A stretch of 64,000 bases of DNA, from contig JBHGNT010000002.1 of the NCBI GenBank assembly GCA_043228905.1, positions 18,724,001-18,788,000 of the forward strand, written 5' to 3'. The position numbers and the translations under genes were made by a program. The DNA comes from Azolla caroliniana (lineage: Eukaryota > Plantae > Polypodiophyta). The first letter of the stretch is position 1. Every line of letters starts with the position of its first letter. Shown piece by piece: positions 62,503-64,000 of this stretch. The notes beneath the pieces are model-generated. The model was not told the DNA's origin, did not search any database, and worked only from the letters and a program-made list of their open reading frames with translations.

Positions 62503-62843
62503 TGTAAAGAATCGTGTATGATTCTTGTGAAGCGGAAGAGATGTGAGTTATGTGTGTGTATGAGAGAGAGAGAGTGAGAGAGACAAGGAGTAAGACACAG
62601 AGAATACGCAAGGTAAAAGTATATTAACAAAGGAGAAAGACTCAACATTATACAAAGAGGGAGGAGGGTGCTTTATATAGTCACCCTCTCTCTTCATTAA
62701 CTACACGACTCATGGAGGATGGGGAATGTGAAAGCTCATAAGTTATGTGTCATAGAATATGATTCTATGACTCATACTAAATGCCAGAATACAAAGTGAT
62801 GACTTAATGGTGACTCTTGACCGTTGGAGTGTCTATTCACTCT
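62503..62843 (-). mobile_element. Copia LTR related to the 52507/57401 LTRs, interrupted at 62844
   Basis: tgtaaagaatcg start and the shared tgtgtcatagaatatgattctatga block. Confidence 0.85.
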
Positions 62844-64000
62844 TGTTGAGCGGCAAGCTCAACCGGAGCCGGATTGGCTGAATAAGCCTGAGCCGGTAAG
62901 CGAGAGGAATCGGTATGCCGGTGAGCAACCAAGCCGGTAAGCAATAAGGACCGGTAAGCAAGAGGAGCTGATATGCCGGATCCAATTCGTAACCGGAAGC
63001 CTAATATAGGTTAGACTACTAGGCAGTTATAGTCTCGTAGTTAGTGTCAGACGCTCGTGTGAGCATTGAAGTACACCGTACTTCTAACAGTCCCGTGTGG
63101 ACTTGTATAAATAGCGCTGATGAGCACATTGTAGATACAGAGCACAGAGTATTAATATAATCTTGAAAAATAGTGTGTTTTGCTCTCTCACTCTCTGTCT
63201 CTCCCGTGTACGCTCTCTCTCTCTCTCTCTCTCTATGTGTATTGTTCTTTCTAAGGCTTCCGCAAGCAATCCTTTACATGGTATCAAAGCGCGTGGGTTG
63301 AGAACCTCTGCTGCAGACATCTACGCTTGTGAAGGAAACCCTAAAAGATCGGAAAACAGACACAAAAGGAGAAATGGACAGAGGTATGGCTACGTCACTC
63401 CCAGTGGAGAAGCTCGACAGAACCAACTACGCATCTTGGTCATACAAGATGCACCAGTACCTGCTTGGGCATGGCTACTGGAGTTATGTTGACAGAGTGA
63501 ACGACTCAACACTAGAGATGACACACAAGGACTTCCCAGTGTGGGAACATGCGGCAAGCAGGGTGATGTACTGCTTCGCGTCCAGTGTCGGTGACTAGCT
63601 GCTCAGCCATATCCGTGACGCCAAGACACCGAAGGATGCTTGTGGAAACCTGAAAAAGGTTTTCGCCGCAAGCACCACTGGCCGGAAGCTGCAACTCGGT
63701 GGCAGACTACACAGACCGTATCAAAGGGATCTGTGACTCGCTTGCCTCTATTAACGTCACCGTAGAGGAAGACGGGATGGTGCAGGTCTGTCTTGGAGGC
63801 CTGACGTCCAAGTTCGGAGCTTTCCGGACTGCGGTTTGTACAAGGGAGAATACACCCTCATTTTTCGACTTACAGTCGATGCTCCTTGTACAGGAGAACC
63901 ATGCTGGTGCATCTACCAGTGCATCCCTAGACAGCTGGATGCTGTACACGGGAGCGGATCGGTCCCGCGGGCTTGGTGGACGAGGCAGGTCAGCACGCAA
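62844..64000 (+). mobile_element. Copia 5' end (LTR 62844-63278, PBS, gag), continues beyond the window
   Basis: TGTTGAG...TTTACA, PBS TGGTATCAAAGC at 63279, gag MDRGMATSLPVEKLDRTNYASWSYKM. Confidence 0.92.

Overview
Repeat-rich land-plant nuclear DNA; the MADS-domain and retroelement types are fern-like (inference). There is one host gene, a minus-strand MIKC-type MADS-box transcription factor reconstructed from 8 exons (32618 to 4910, 870 nt, 289 aa). Its second intron is about 25.8 kb and holds two Copia elements, 5'-truncated LINE-like ends, a hAT remnant, a tRNA-like tandem array and several tandem duplications. The gene has three (GAA)n poly-Glu tracts. The rest of the window is nested LTR retrotransposons (Copia, a chromovirus, Tat/Athila-like Gypsy, solo LTRs) with primer-binding sites for tRNA-iMet, Arg and Trp. 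All transposon coding regions are degenerate. No convincingly new biological system can be proven from sequence alone. The best leads are tRNA-like Pol III cassettes (in an array and inside a solo LTR), duplicated in-frame candidate cassette exons, and a pol-less LTR element with a long coiled-coil ORF.
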